DNA of 64,000 nucleotides from assembly GCA_950097015.1 (NCBI GenBank), contig CATNEN010000038.1:8308001-8372000 (forward strand), given 5' to 3'. The stretch comes from Macrostomum hystrix. Lineage: Eukaryota > Animalia > Platyhelminthes. This document shows positions 48,331 to 62,300 of this stretch, one piece after another. The notes under the pieces were generated by a model, which searched no databases, was not told where the DNA came from, and was given only the letters and a program-made list of their open reading frames with translations. The position numbers were made by a program, and so were the translations under genes. Position 1 is the stretch's first letter. Each line of letters starts with the position of its first letter.

Positions 48331-48580
48331 TAGCCTAGTGGTTAGGGCGTCGGACTCACGACTTGAAGGACTCGGACTCACCACGTTCACCCAGCTGTTA
48401 AATGGGTACCAGCATCAGCCGGGATAATTGAAGGTGGGTGTGGCGTCCCCCCAGTCCATGGACTGAACAGCCGTACGCAGCATTCAGATGCGCCGCGCAT
48501 TAGCTGCGGCTGTGCTGTCGGCTGCACATCTGACCCAATTGGGGCAGGTGTAATCAATTATTATCTATTATTATTATTAC
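48331..48580 (+). mobile_element. SINE family 1 copy (B-box region deleted), flanked by (AGT)n microsatellite
   Basis: A box tagcctagtggtta, the shared body and a (TTA)n tail. Confidence 0.8.
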
Positions 48581-48904
48581 TAGTAGTAGTAGTAGTAGTC
48601 GTAGTACCAGTACTTAAGTACCAGGCCAATTATTTTCCGAAAATGAAAACACATCTCCCGCATTGTCTTACGGAAGTTACGCATTAATTATATAACACAG
48701 TCCATTGCGTCTATTTTTTCATATTGTGTTTTAAAAATGTTGTGTGGCTATTCCATTAACATGATCCTAACGAACATATTCTAATTAACATGTGCTCGTA
48801 GCTCGTAGATTGTATAAGCCTACAGATCTAGCTGAGCACAGTCATATACCATCTAAGCTCAGAACGCACACACAAGTTCTGCACACACAAATGATGTTCC
48901 GCAG

Positions 48905-49159
48905 AACCCGTCACAGCTGCCAACTGCTCTGCCATCACCTGCTACAATGGCGGCACGTGCAACATTTACACAGACAGCCCGCTCTGCATCTGCCCGATGC
49001 CCTACATCGCACCGTACTGCATTGCGGCTGTGAACTACTGCAATACAGCGCAGCCTGACAAGGGCATTAACGACCTTCCCGTCTGTCAGAATGGCGGCAC
49101 CTGTACTATAACATACTCGGATTCGTATTTTCACTGCGCATGTCCAACTGGCTATTCAG
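48905..49159 (+). CDS. Isolated exon encoding two EGF-like repeats (phase 1-1)
   Basis: ttccgcag|...|gtgaga. Translation: CSAITCYNGGTCNIYTDSPLCICPMPYIAPYC...VCQNGGTCTITYSDSYFHCACPTGYS. Not in the ORF track. Confidence 0.75.
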
Positions 49160-50029
49160 GTGAGACTTGAGCACTTACTTACTCACTTACTTGATGCACA
49201 CCCGCCCCACCCCCATACAACGCCTCACACCCGGCCCAATGCACAAACACAAACAAGAACAAGCAGACATGCAGAAGGCAGGGGTTAAGCTATTTTAAAT
49301 TAGCTTTGGTTGCACAGAATAAGGTGCATCTCCGCAAGTCACTACTTGGCAGACCCCCAACCAAGCCCCGAAATAATCGTGACTTGGAGGGAGGAACGAA
49401 CCAGCGACCATTGGAAATTGAGGCAGCGACTCTAGCCGCTGACCCACTCACCCCCCTGAGACTTTGAGCACACTTGAAGCCAGGTTTTTTCGGAAGCAAT
49501 AGAAAATTATGAACCTTCCGATTTCCGTCAGGACTACGGTGCAACGTCACAAAAAATGCGGCCTTGAATTTAGGTAAGCTGGGGCTGTTGCACCTACTGC
49601 CTGTTGGGGCATTGTACAGAATTGCTCATCTTCAATTCTCAGATTTTAAGCTAGCTGAAGGTCCGATTTCAGTCATCGCTGCCGCATTCAGTACAGTGCT
49701 TGTTGCTGCTCTCGTCAGCTAAGCTGCTGGTTTAACTTGCTAAAAGCACACGTGAGTTAAGCAAAAGTATTATATACTACTGAAACTTTGACCGAATTGA
49801 ATCGTTAACTGCTGTTCGAAATTTTTCAGTCCGGCCTGTTGGAAGCGAAAGCTATGAAAAAAGTTCTGCTTCAATGGAGCCGTTTCAGCTATTGACAAAT
49901 TGTAAAAATATTTTGTGAAATGCGAGTGTATTCTTAAAACTCCAGTACTTAAAGTTTATTTTCGAATAAAAGGCCTGTCCTTTCGTAGTTTTACATTCTT
50001 CTGCTGCAGCATACGGCATTCGTACTAAG

Positions 50030-50335
50030 ACACTCTACTCAGTAATCTACTTACCCTACCAAGTCGCCCTACTCACCCTACTCAGTCACCTACTCACTCT
50101 ACTCAGTTATCTACTTTCCCTATTCAGTTATCTACACACCCTACTCAGTTACCTACTCACCCTACTCAGTCACCTACTCACCCTACTCAGTCACCTACTC
50201 ACCCTACTCAGTTATCTACTCACCCTACTCAGTTACCTACTCACCCTACTCAGTCACCTACTCACCCTACTCAGTCACCTACTCACCCTACTCAGTCACC
50301 TACTCACCCTACTCAGTCACCTACTCACCCTACTC
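50030..50335. repeat. 21-bp minisatellite (cctactcagtcacctactcac)n
   Basis: Tandem copies, resuming briefly after the SINE at ~50640. Confidence 0.9.
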
Positions 50336-50341
50336 TATCGT

Positions 50342-50635
50342 TGTGGTTAGTGCGTCTGACTCACGACTTGAAGGTCGGGGGTTCGATTTCCGACTCCACT
50401 GGAACAATTTGTGTCTTTAGCAAGACACTTTAACTCTTTATTGCTTCAGTTCACCCAGCTGTTAAATCCGTACCAGCATCAGCTGGGGTAATTAAAGGTG
50501 TGTGCGGCGTCCCCCAGTCCATGGACTGAACAGCCGTACGCAGCCTTCAGATGCGCCGCGCAATAGCTGCAGCTGTGCTGTCGGCTGCACATCTGGCTCA
50601 ATCGGGGCAGGTGTAATAAATTTTTATTACTATTG
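50342..50635 (+). mobile_element. SINE family 1 copy
   Basis: gtggttagtgcgtctgactcacgacttgaaggtcgggggttcgatt head plus the shared body. Confidence 0.8.
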
Positions 50636-51265
50636 CTATTCAGTCACCTACTCACCCTACCCTACAATGTATTATTGTTATACATAAAGCTAAATAATAA
50701 TATTCTACCTAAGCTGACTTAGGTAGAATATTAGGTAGATAAGCGCCGACACGCACCCCAGCATATTTGTGACTATTTTTTAATCAGGACGAATAAATAA
50801 AACGCTACGACTTCGTTTTTGATGCCTACTACTATACTACTACTAGTAGCTACTACTAGAACGTTTTTATCACTAGCTTGGGTTTCTACATTTGTCAGTC
50901 AGTCGCGGTTGCCACACCGTTGACACGCAGACGCTAATGAATTTTTTCTCGGGACGGACTTGGGTCCATGGACAGGACAGACTTAGGGCTCGTCCATCGT
51001 ATTAGCCAGGAACATTATCAGGCAGGCAAAAGCTAAGACTAAAGCTTAACTTTGGGTTATTGTGCTAGCCAGTCCTTGGCTTTGAGTGGCTAAGTTGCAG
51101 GGTCGTGTGTAAAAATGAGCAGAAAGCGTCTGATTTTGGCGATGAGTCTCATTAGCGTTCATAGTAGCACCTCTCTAACACCTCTGTAGCGTTAAAATCA
51201 GGAATCCCATTGAGAGGTGCGTCTCGAACTATTCGCTAGTTAAAGTCGCAGTCTAATATGGAAGT

Positions 51266-51537
51266 TGCAGGATTATGCGGGATAAACAATAGGATCTATG
51301 GCATAAGTGGTGCAGGATTATGCGGGATAAACAATAGGATCTATGGCATAAGTGGTGCAGGATTATGCGGGATAAACAATAGGATCTATGGCATAAGTGG
51401 TGCAGGATTATGCGGGATAAACAATAGGATCTATGGCATAAGTGGTGCAGGATTATGCGGGATAAACAATAGGATCTATGGCATAAGTGGTGCAGGATTA
51501 TGCGGGATAAACAATAGGATCTATGGCATAAGTGGTG
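51266..51537. repeat. 48-bp tandem repeat, ~5.5 copies
   Basis: tgcaggattatgcgggataaacaataggatctatggcataagtgg-type units. Confidence 0.9.
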
Positions 51538-52127
51538 GCAACACAATGCCTTTCCGCATTCCGCTTTCAATAAGAGCCAAGACTTATTGGCTCTTAATTA
51601 AGTATTTTAATTATCACCATAGTTGTCCCCCCTGTTAGTTCATTGCCCGGTTCGAGAAGTTAATCGTAGGCACCAGGCACAACAGTTCTGTTCGTGGCCT
51701 ATGAAATGAGTGGGAATGACTTTCACTGGAAATTAAGTTATGAGTCGTTAAGGGGATGAGCAGCAGAGCAGTTGACGCGTCTGCCTCTCGCACCAAGGTC
51801 CTGAGCTCGAGTTCGCGGCAGGTGATTTCGCGACTCAAATACTAGTAATTTGTTCGTGTGATCTTTTAGAGTCCTTTTTTCAGCACAACGGTAGATAAAA
51901 GTTCACTATCCACACGGTTAACAGTAGGAATACAGCAGCAGTATTAAAAGGCTGTTTAAAGTATAAAAAACAGTACGAAAATATTGGTATCAACTAAAGG
52001 GCATTGTCAAGGCATTGTCTAACCTTGAGATGTCGATAATTCCGCTCATTAAACTGCATCAAAGCCAACTGTCAAAGCCAGCTCATGAAGATTGACAAAC
52101 GCTGGTCACTTCAGATACAAGAGAGGA

Positions 52128-52169
<42 letters not shown>

Positions 52170-52574
52170 GAACAAGAAATAGTTTCCATAGTTGCTAGCA
52201 GTAGTGCCAGTACATGCAACAATTATGCAACAACCTCATAATTGTACGTCTGTCAATGCGCATTTTTGCGAATCACTTTTTTCGTCATCGCTAACTAGCG
52301 GTGCTGCACCCAAACGTAGCAAAGGAAGCACGCGAAACTCGAGAACACGGGCCAACTTTTTGTTGCGTATCTTCTCAAACAAGAATCAAGTCGCCAGCTC
52401 TTCAGACCGTCGAAATATTCAATGGTTCTGGCCGTGGCCAAAGATCTAGTGCATAACCCAATTTGTAGGTTTACCAGGGGTCAGTTAGTGCGTGCGTATT
52501 AAAAAAACTAATGCATGACGGCTAGGCCAACCAGTACTTAAGGAGGAGCCGGACACTTGCTGCTTACTGGAGAC

Positions 52575-52993
52575 TACTCAGCCTACTCAGTTGCCTACTC
52601 AGCCTACTTAGCCTACTCAGTCACCTCCTCAACCTACTCAGCCTACTCAGTTGCCTAGACAGCCTACTCAGCTACCTACTCAGCCTACTCAGTTGCCTAC
52701 TCAGCCTACTTAGCCTACTCAGTCACCTACTCAGCCTACTCAGCTACCTACTCAGCCTACTCAGTTGCCTACTCAGCCTACTTAGCCTACTCAGTCACCT
52801 CCTCAACCTACTCAGCCTACTTAGTCACCTACTCAGCCTACTCAGTCACCTACTCAGCCTATTCAGTCACCTACTCAGCCTATTCAGTCACCTACTCAGC
52901 CTATTCAGTCACCTACTCAGCCTACTCAGTCACCTACTCAGCCTACTCAGTTGCCTACACAGCCTACTCAGTCACCTACTCAGCCTATTCAGT
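52575..52993. repeat. cctactcag-based minisatellite split by a gypsy insertion (continues 57528-57750)
   Basis: The same repeat lies on both sides of the element. Confidence 0.9.
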
Positions 52994-53241
52994 TGTAGCA
53001 GCAAATTCACTTCTTTCTTTTAACTCTTAATATTTAAAGATTCAAATGGTACTTTTATTTCCCCCCTTACCGCTAATTTGTCTATGACCCTTGTTATCGA
53101 TAGGTACAGTTGCCCGGTTAAGACTTAAATGTAACCCCACGATAAAACTAAATAAACAAGCTCAAGCTTTTGCCGACTCTTAAATTTAACAGCAACATTT
53201 GTAGCAAGTCAGCTACAAAATTGGTAGCAGAGCGTTTCATC

Positions 53242-54096
53242 ATGCCAAAAACCAGGAGATACGAACCAGGCACAGCAGAAGCCCAGCGTCAACAGCGGCA
53301 ACCCGATGAAACGCCTCAAATGCCCGAGCGACAAATCACACAGCACGCAGTCAAACCGCCCGCGTTCTATCGCAAGTCCCCAGAAATATGGTTCCGTCAG
53401 TTAGAAGCCCAGTTCACGTTAGCCGGCATCGTCAATCCGACAACCAAGTTCCACCACACACTGGCCGCTCTACCCGAAGACGTGGCTTGCTCAATCGATC
53501 TGGATACGGGAGACTATGCGTCACTTAAGTCGGCGGTGCTCGAATCGTTACGCGTAAACCGGCACCAGCGCATCGAAGAGGCACTGGCTGCAGTTGAACT
53601 CGGCGACCGCCGTCCATCGCAACTGGTTAACGACATCAAGCGCAAGTTCGGCGAAGTCGGTCTGCAAGTCGATGATAGCATCGTCAAGTCTCGGCTCCTG
53701 TCGGCACTCCCGACCCACATCCGTTCCGCATTAGTCGGACACGAAGACGCGCCGCTGGATGCTTTCTCTAAAATCGCCGACAGCATGCTGGCCGTGTCAG
53801 CCAGCACAACGCCGTTCGCCCCAATCAACCGGGCCATCGCACCCGGCCAGTTGTCCGCAGGAAACAAGAAAAGTCCGTTTCGAGGAGCTAGACGCGATGA
53901 TTTTCAAGCCAACCGAAATTCTCTCCGCCGCCCTAAAATCTGCAACGGTCACCTGTACTACGCCGCGGAAGCTCGCACCTGCCGACCGTGGTGTCAGTGG
54001 CCTGGACCGAAGCCGACGTTAACACTCGCCAGCCGCCAACCTACTCCGACTCAATCCCGCTCAAGCAGCCCAACGCCGACAGCGGCGTCAAACTAG
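53242..54096 (+). CDS. Gag with CHCC motif
   Basis: [30 protein letters not shown] and [18 protein letters not shown], typical of the CsRn1 clade. Confidence 0.9.
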   Translation: MPKTRRYEPGTAEAQRQQRQPDETPQMPERQITQHAVKPPAFYRKSPEIWFRQLEAQFTLAGIVNPTTKFHHTLAALPEDVACSIDLDTGDYASLKSAVLESLRVNRHQRIEEALAAVELGDRRPSQLVNDIKRKFGEVGLQVDDSIVKSRLLSALPTHIRSALVGHEDAPLDAFSKIADSMLAVSASTTPFAPINRAIAPGQLSAGNKKSPFRGARRDDFQANRNSLRRPKICNGHLYYAAEARTCRPWCQWPGPKPTLTLASRQPTPTQSRSSSPTPTAASN

Positions 54097-57000
54097 TGGG
54101 TCACGTGCCTCGGCCGAGCCGCGACCCCTCCCAGGCCAACACGTTATTACTGTTGTGTCAAATTCTCCGTTCACCCGTTTCCTTTATAGTTGACACCGGT
54201 GCTGAGCGATCGCTGCTCCCACTAAAATTCGCTCCTCAAAATCTGTTGACAACCACACATGTGAAACTCTGTAGCATCGATGGTCGAGAAATCCCGACTT
54301 TCGGCCAATGCTGCGTCACTCTTACAATTCCTGGTCTCCGTCTCCGTAGACCCTACCCTGCATCATTTATCGTTACCGACACTGCGCCAATTCTCGGAGC
54401 CGACTTCTTCCTCAAGTTTGGGTTCCTCATCGATCTGAACACACGACGCATACAAGACCCAGCGACATCTCTTTACGCCAACCTCAGTCCATCGAGTGCG
54501 CAACTTCCCAAAATCAACGCCACAACTCAACTGGAACCGACCACACCACTCAAAAATTTCCCGCGATTACTGGAGGCGCCGGACTACACCGCGCCACCCG
54601 CCACATCTGTGCGACACCGCATCGAGACGACAGGTGAACCTGTATTCTGTCGACCTCGCCCATTATCCCCAGCGAAGTACGAAATCGCAAAGTTGGAATT
54701 CGACAAGCTCCTCCGCTTCGGTATCGTTCGCCCCTCGGCCAGTCCCTGGGCCTCCCCGCTTCACATGGTGAAGAAGAGGGACGGCTCCTGGCGACCATGT
54801 GGAGATTATCGAGCACTGAACGCGGCAACCAAACCAGACCGTTACCCTATTCCGAACATCAATCATTTTCACCATCGTCTAAATGGAGCGAAAGTGTTCA
54901 GCACCCTTGACCTGGTTAAGGCCTACCACTTCATCCCGATTGCAGACGAAGATGTTGAGAAAACAGCGATTTGCACGCCATTTGGTTCTTTCGAATACAT
55001 TCGCATGCCATTCGGCCTGAGAAACGCCGCCAGCACATTCCAGCGATACGTAGATTCCGTCTTTAGCGACCTCCCGTTTGTAACATCTTACATCGACGAC
55101 ATCTTGGTACACAGCCAGTCACGCGAAGAACATCAGGCGCACATCGAAGAGGTGCTGCGACGTTTAAGCGACAAAGGTTTGGGCGTCAACTCTGAAAAGT
55201 GCCATTTCTTTCGCGATTCAGTGGAGTTTCTTGGTTACTTCGTCACTGCTGACGGCATCCGACCGCTTCCGAACCGAGTCGAAGCACTGCGGAAACTCGA
55301 GGCTCCCACTGACATGCAATCACTACGGCGCTACCTTGGCATGTTCGGTTTTTATCAGCGGTGCATTCCTAATTATGCTGAGATCGCCACCCCGCTACGA
55401 CAACTCGTCACGGCACCATTCAATTGGACGAAGCGACACGACGAGGCTTGGAAAGAACTCCAGGACAGTCTGGCGAACGCAGTCACCCTGACTTTTCCTC
55501 AAGCCAATGCCACATTCACAATCACAACCGACGCCAGCGCCACTGCCATCGGCGCAGCATTGCATCAGGTGGTAGCCGAGCAATCTTCTCCATTGGCATT
55601 CTACTCTCGCAAGCTCTCTGACACGGAAGCAGCTTACAGCACTTTTGATCGGGAACTGCTGGCTATTTTTGCTGCGGTCAAGACATGGAAATACATGATC
55701 CAAGGCCAACAAACCACCGTGTTCTGCGACCACAAGCCCATCAGCGGAGCGTTTAGAAATAAGAAAGAACGGTTTTCCGATCGACAACAACGCCAGCTAT
55801 CCGTCATCACGGAGTTTGTGAGCGACATCATCCACATTTCCGGCAAGGACAACATCGTAGCCGACACGCTATCACGACCGGTTTACCCATCCCAGAACCC
55901 GCCACCAACCACAATTCGACTGCTGTCTGACCTTCCTCAATGTGTGGACCTGCCAGCCGTTGCACGAGCACAGAAGGAAAACCCGGAGGATGAACCCCAG
56001 ACAGGCCGTTTCAACAACTTCGACATTGGAATCAAGGACTTCCCACTGCGATGCGAAATCTCGCAGACAAACCCACGTCCCGTCATCCCTAGGACTCTCC
56101 GACGCGCTGTTTTTGACTCGCTGCATGCATTCGCACATCCTGGCCGCAAAGCCACGCAACGACTCATCGTTTATCGTTTTTTCTGGCTAGGTATGGCTAA
56201 CGACATCCAAAGGTGGGTAGCCGAATGTCAACAGTGCCAGCAGTGCAAGACAGGTCGTCACGTCCAACGCCCGTTGCAACAGCTTCCAGCACCCTCTCAA
56301 CGCTTCACGACGGTCCATATCGATTTAGTCGGACCACTGCCACCCCCAGAGTCGACCGACGTTAGTCCCAGACCTCGCTACTTGCTCACAATGGTCGATG
56401 CATATTCACGTTGGATTGAAGCTGCCCCTCTCATTGACATCACCGCCACTTCAGTCGCGTGCGCCTTCCTAGAATCCTGGATTTCTCGGTTTGGCCCACC
56501 ATTGACGCTGGTGACCGATCAAGGCGCGCAGTTCCGCGCGGAGCTCATGCAAAACCTGGCGACACTGCTCGGAATCCATCACATCCGCACTTCAGCCTAC
56601 AATCCGAGGGCAAATGGCATCGTCGAGCGAACCCACCGAACATTAAAGTCCGGGCTGAAAGCACGTGGCAAGAACTGGCTGCAGCAGCTACCCATCGTGC
56701 TTCTCGGAATGCGCATTTTTGCAGACGAGACAGGTGCATCGCCATTCTCCATCGTTACCGGTGAACAACCATTAGTCCCACCTGTAGTTGCCGACACCTC
56801 CTCTGTCAAGGAACTTTCCACAAGACTGCACCAACTTTTTTTTCCGTATCGCCAACCACGAACGCGCGAGGTAAGAATTCATCTGCCAGCAGACTTGGCT
56901 GCATGCACCCACGTCTGGTTGCGACTAGATCGAGTTCGACGTCCCCTAGAAGCACCCTACCAGGGACCCTATGCAGTGTTGGAGAGACACGAAACGACAT

Positions 57001-57221
57001 TCACATTGGAAATCAACGGCAAGCCTTCTGTAGTGTCTATCGATCGAGTGAAACCAGCTACACTCCCAGCACCGGTACCAATTAGCAAAGCACCAGCAAC
57101 TACTGTAACACCGGAAAACCCACCGGCAGCAAACATACGTGCTAAAACCGCTTCCCACGTTCGTTTTTCCACAGAACCATCTGTTAAACTGTTTTACGCA
57201 ACTGAACCATTATTAACCTAA
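53988..57221 (+). CDS. Pol (protease, RT, RNase H, integrase) in the -1 frame relative to gag
   Basis: VDTGA, RPCGDYR, MPFG, YIDD, TDAS, HPG..C..C, HIDLVGP, TDQG, NGIVER and GPY. Confidence 0.95.
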   Translation: MVSVAWTEADVNTRQPPTYSDSIPLKQPNADSGVKLVGHVPRPSRDPSQANTLLLLCQILRSPVSFIVDTGAERSLLPLKFAPQNLLTTTHVKLCSIDGREIPTFGQCCVTLTIPGLRLRRPYPASFIVTDTAPILGADFFLKFGFLIDLNTRRIQDPATSLYANLSPSSAQLPKINATTQLEPTTPLKNFPRLLEAPDYTAPPATSVRHRIETTGEPVFCRPRPLSPAKYEIAKLEFDKLLRFGIVRPSASPWASPLHMVKKRDGSWRPCGDYRALNAATKPDRYPIPNINHFHHRLNGAKVFSTLDLVKAYHFIPIADEDVEKTAICTPFGSFEYIRMPFGLRNAASTFQRYVDSVFSDLPFVTSYIDDILVHSQSREEHQAHIEEVLRRLSDKGLGVNSEKCHFFRDSVEFLGYFVTADGIRPLPNRVEALRKLEAPTDMQSLRRYLGMFGFYQRCIPNYAEIATPLRQLVTAPFNWTKRHDEAWKELQDSLANAVTLTFPQANATFTITTDASATAIGAALHQVVAEQSSPLAFYSRKLSDTEAAYSTFDRELLAIFAAVKTWKYMIQGQQTTVFCDHKPISGAFRNKKERFSDRQQRQLSVITEFVSDIIHISGKDNIVADTLSRPVYPSQNPPPTTIRLLSDLPQCVDLPAVARAQKENPEDEPQTGRFNNFDIGIKDFPLRCEISQTNPRPVIPRTLRRAVFDSLHAFAHPGRKATQRLIVYRFFWLGMANDIQRWVAECQQCQQCKTGRHVQRPLQQLPAPSQRFTTVHIDLVGPLPPPESTDVSPRPRYLLTMVDAYSRWIEAAPLIDITATSVACAFLESWISRFGPPLTLVTDQGAQFRAELMQNLATLLGIHHIRTSAYNPRANGIVERTHRTLKSGLKARGKNWLQQLPIVLLGMRIFADETGASPFSIVTGEQPLVPPVVADTSSVKELSTRLHQLFFPYRQPRTREVRIHLPADLAACTHVWLRLDRVRRPLEAPYQGPYAVLERHETTFTLEINGKPSVVSIDRVKPATLPAPVPISKAPATTVTPENPPAANIRAKTASHVRFSTEPSVKLFYATEPLLT

Positions 57222-58559
57222 CTGAAAAGCATCGTTTTCTAACTGTTTCATAACGACAATCAAAACCTTTGCATAAACTCCGTTTTGGGTGGGGGGAGTA
57301 TCTTGTAGCAGCAAATTCACTTCTTTCTTTTAACTCTTAATATTTAAAGATTCAAATGGTACTTTTATTTCCCCCCTTACCGCTAATTTGTCTATGACCC
57401 TTGTTATCGATAGGTACAGTTGCCCGGTTAAGACTTAAATGTAACCCCACGATAAAACTAAATAAACAAGCTCAAGCTTTTGCCGACTCTTAAATTTAAC
57501 AGCAACATTTGTAGCAAGTCAGCTACACAGTCACCTACTCAGCCGACTCAGTTGCCTACTCAGCCGACTCAGTTACCTACCCAGCCTACTCAGTTACCTA
57601 CCCAGCCTACTCAGTTACCTACCCAGCCTACTCAGTTACCTATTCAGTTGCCTACACAGCCTACTCAGTCACTTACTCAGCCTACTCAGCCTACTCAGTC
57701 ACCTACTCAGCCTACTCAGTCACCTACTCAGCCTACTCAGTCACCTCATCAATCTACACGGTAGCCTACTTAAGCGGCTAAGTTAGCCACGATAAAAATA
57801 TTGTAAAAAAGAAAAAGCCATACTAAGTATTTAAGTGTTGAACATATAAAAAACAATAAGAAAGGGCCGTTATATTAAGGCGTCATTGTTGTTTAACAGA
57901 ACTAATCAAGGCATCAAATCGCAATTGGCAATGCTTTAATTAAATAATTTGGAATCAGGGCTAAAACAGTTACATCGAAGGCAGTTTTAGACTACACAAA
58001 CTTTTGATACTACTGTAGTAAAATTCAGAATAAAAAAAGCGAAAATATAAAATTGTTCAAGATACTCACTGTCCAAAATTGGCGAATTGAGCGCATATAG
58101 CTTATAAATAACTTGCGACTTGGGCGTGAAGAAAAAAGTCACATTGAAAGCTTTTTTAAACTTATTTGTTGTGGCAACAAAGAAATTTTCCTTCGTAAAC
58201 TAAAATACATGTAGCTATATTGTAAGATGCTTTACAGCCTAACAACTGTATTGACGCGTTGTTATGATAATTTGTTAAAAAGTACGAATTTTACAAAACT
58301 TTCAGATCGAATATTTGTGGAATTGATTGCATGTTAAAATCGATTCGATGAAAAGTACTATTAAAAATTCTCAGCAGCTAAATTAAAATTTTAAATCACC
58401 TGTAACATAAACATCTCAACATTTCCATGTCAACAAGCCAGCAGTTTCCTAGGCAGAATTTTCGGCTGATCAAACGCTGAATTAAGCGGAATTTACCACA
58501 GAATCCTACGTATTGTAAACCGAGCAAGGAGGGCACCAAAAAGAAGGCATAGGCAGATT

Positions 58560-58940
58560 CCAGGAGTGATTCCATGCAGTGGAAACGGACCAAGAAACCA
58601 CTGACCAGTTGAGAATATTTCTCGGACGATTCCAAGAAGCAGAATACCGATTAGGAAACTGCCGAACAGTTGGGCGGGTTCTCCGAATGATCCCCTGCAG
58701 TGGAAACAGACCAAGAAACCGTTGAACAGTTGAGAATATTTCTCAGACGATTCCAAGAAGCAGAATACCGATCAGGAAACTGCCGAACAGTTGGGCGGAT
58801 TCTCTGAATGATCCCCTGCAGTGGAAACGGACCAAGAAACCACTGACCAGTTGAGAATATTTCTCGGACGATTCCAAGAAGCAGAAAAACGATCAGGAAA
58901 CTGACTAACATTTTGGCTGAATCCAGGAATGATTCCATGT
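58560..58940. repeat. 121-bp tandem repeat, ~3 copies
   Basis: gcagtggaaac recurs at 58576, 58697 and 58818. Confidence 0.85.
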
Positions 58941-59370
58941 AGGTCAGGAAACCGCCGAAATATGTGATTCCCCAGATGATTCCAACAAGCGGTAAGCGAC
59001 GAACAGAGGGCAGACTCTCGGTTGGATCCCTAAGCCGTTTTCAACTCTAGACCTACTCTAGACTTGAAATTTTAAAGCGCATTTACTGAGCTACTTTTAG
59101 TAGCACAATAGCACAATAATAGGAATATTTGTACACCAAAATCATTTATACACAGACAAATAGGCTAAACTTGCATATGCAGATGTGTACATACGCATCT
59201 GTACATTCTTTTGCAATGACCGGAATGGGTACAAAAGTACAACAATATACTTTTGGATGCATTCCTGCATCGATGTCCTTGGTAAACGGCAGGAGTAACT
59301 ATTCGCTTTTATGCACTATCGAAGGCCTCGTCATCAAATTAGTACCAATGTCCACTTGGATGGCGGCTGA

Positions 59371-62300
59371 TCATGAAAGCTGCTCAGAGAGGGTCTCAAT
59401 GCACCTGGTTGGCTCCAGGTTGCTGAGATTGGCATTGCCGCAGTAGTCAACATGAGTCTGGTCAGTGAAGAAGCTGTCAAACCACTTCGGGCCGCAGTTG
59501 AAGTAGACACAGAAGTCGCAGGAGGTCAAGGGCGCCAGGTAGAAAGCGGTCCACAGGCCGGCTAGCAGGGCCAGCCAGGTGACGAGGCAGAGGGCGACGG
59601 CGACACGGCGACACAGCAGGGCGGCCCTGGGCGAGTAGCCCATGTGTACGTAGGGCATTAGCACCACTGAGAGTAGCAGGCCGCTGACTAGGCCGCCAAG
59701 ATTGGCGAAGTTGTCAAACCAGGGAAAGAAGCCGAAAATGATGAGCACCAGGGGTGACAGGATGAGCAGGCACAGCGGGCGCACCTGAGGCATGTCAAAT
59801 TGGTGTCAATCAATCAGCGAAACTGAGAGGATAATGTTCCAATCTTAGAGGATAATGTTCCAATCTGAGAGGATAAATGTTCCAAACTGAGAGGATAATG
59901 TTCCAATCTGAGAGGATTATGTTCCAATCTGAGAGGATAATGTTCCAAACTGAGAGGATAATGTTCCAATCTGAGAGGATAATGTTCCAATCTGAGAGGA
60001 TAATGTTCCAATCTGAGAGGATAATGTTCCAATCTGAGAGGATAATGTTCAAATCTGAGAGGATTATGTTCCAATCTGAGAGGATAATGTTCCAAACTGA
60101 GAGGATAATGTTCCAATCTGAGAGGATAATGTTCCAATCTGAGAGGATAATGTTCCAATCTGAGAGGATAATGTTCCAATCTGAGAGGATAATGTTCCAA
60201 TCTGAGAGGATAATGTTCCAATCTGAGAGGATAATGTTCCAATCTGAGAGGATAATGTTCCAATCTGAGAGGATAATGCTTAAATCAGAAAAAAATATAT
60301 TAATAATTGTAGGAGGGCTGCGGGCAATGGTGACAATCATTTGGTGACACTTGACCCGCAGCCAGCGATTAGGCAATTCTGCCCATTTCGCTGATTCCTG
60401 AGAACACACGCACACACAGGTGTGTACATCTGCCCTGACTTTGTCATCGTCAGGCAGTGCACACTTTCACTTTGCCTTGGATGTTGGCCCTCAAGGGCGT
60501 AAATTGCACGACAAGCCCCCAAGTCATCTCTCCGCGGCCCTAAATAAATGTGGCCTTGCCGCGGAATCGAACTTGGGGACCTTGGTGCAAGAGGAAAACG
60601 CGTTAACCGCTCTGGCACTGACCTTTCAAATCTTAAATGCTTAAATTATAGAGGATAACATTATACCCTAGAGTATTTTATTTAAATCTTATGGGGAAAT
60701 GTTTAGCTTGTTTTAATAAACTTAGGAGATATTGCTGCTATTCTCGGAACCTGGCACTTCAAATTGAATTCGGGTCACCATGGGGGGGATTTTTGCTAGT
60801 CTATATACTACTCTTACGCTCGTAGGGGTCACCAAGGGGGTATTTTTGCTAGTCTATATACTACTCTTACGCTCGTAGGGGTCACCAAGGGGGTATTTTT
60901 GCTAGTCTATATACTACTCTTACGCTCGTAGGGGTCACCAAGGGGGTATTTTTGCTAGTCTATATACTACTCATACGCTCGTATAAGCCGGAGCTATCCA
61001 CAATACCTTGTTCTCAAGCAGGCTCCAGGACATGGTCAGCTCAATCAGGATTGGCGCCAGAGAGCCAATCTGAGCACTGGTTGGGCCAACATCAACCAGG
61101 TAGGGCAGGAAGATCATGGAGACCAGGTTGCCAATTACTCCGGAGCCCAGGTAGATGAAGGCGGTCCTGTGCCAGCCGAGGCTCTGCTCAAGCTTGCGCA
61201 GGAACAGGGCGTGATGAATTAGAGTGACGGCCAGGGTGACCAGGCCCGAGTGCAGGAACAGGCTGGTGAGGACCCGGTAGAACTGGTTGGGCCTCTGCGG
61301 ATCCGGCAGGCCCAGCATGCCGCAGGTCTCACTGATGCAGCTCACCTGCGAGCACAGCTGCCGGTCTGGGAAGAACACGCCGCGCATGAACTCACAGCGC
61401 TGCTGAGAGGTGATGACGCATTCACCTGAGGATCGGGAGCGAGTGACGGATTAACAGTAGAAGGACCACGGGGATATTTCAAATACCCGCTGACGATAGA
61501 CTAATTTTCAAAGCCTTCCAAGTCAGCATCGTCGAGATAATCAGCGATTCTTGTCGAAGACCCCGGTGACAACGACAAGTAACAAGATTAGCAATATTAT
61601 TATTATTATTAGCACCTGCATTCTCGCAATCTCTGTTAAGTTTTCTATGTACTTTGCTAGCTTTCCTGTTTTCTTGTGTATTTTCTTGAACCATTAATTT
61701 TTTTTTCTTCTGCTGTGAGACTACGAAAGCTCTTTACTATGGATGAAATGTCTCCAACGGAATGTCTCCACCCAGTTGCACCGGAAAAGAAAATATACTT
61801 AATTTTCGACCCCGACTTTGCACTTCGGGCAAATTCAGTTTTCATAAGGGATTTTCGGGCGAACAGAACGTGTCGTTTCGCAGGCCAGTCTGTGATTTCC
61901 TAAACGAAAATTCGACAGTATGCGCCTGTACGTGTTCCGGCTTTGAAACATTAGGTAGATAATTTTCACGGCAGAAATATCTCTTGAAACTGCAGTAGAA
62001 ATGGCTGAGCTTTGCAGAATTTTGGACCCTCCCTCTGTCTCCAGTGTCCTAGGAAATCACATTGAAAGTTTTCCCTGTGAATTTTAACAGACCTTGTCTT
62101 TGAGCTCAAAGAACAGTTTCGCAGTAATAATAATAATAAAAATAATAATTGCAGGAGGGCTGCGAGCAGTGGCACATCATTTGGTGGCACTAGACCCGCA
62201 GCCAGCGAGGAGGCAATTCTGCCCATTTCGCTGACTCCTGAGCTCACACGCACACAGACACCGTTCGCAGGCAAACGCTCACACAGGTGTGTACTCTCTC

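Larger units (their letters stand above)
52994..57527 (+). mobile_element. Full-length Ty3/gypsy LTR retrotransposon (CsRn1/Kabuki-like)
   Basis: 224-bp TG..CA LTRs at 52994-53217 and 57304-57527, identical by eye. 4-bp TSD CAGT. PBS TGGTAGCAGAG (initiator Met tRNA). PPT gggtggggggag. Confidence 0.97.

Noticed and set aside
50701-50730. Hairpin tattctacctaag-ctga-cttaggtagaata
   Set aside because: An isolated short palindrome with no supporting context.
59700-61090. Active rhomboid protease
   Set aside because: The GPx motif, the Asn at the catalytic His position (DNFAN) and the Cys-rich iRhom domain indicate a pseudoprotease.
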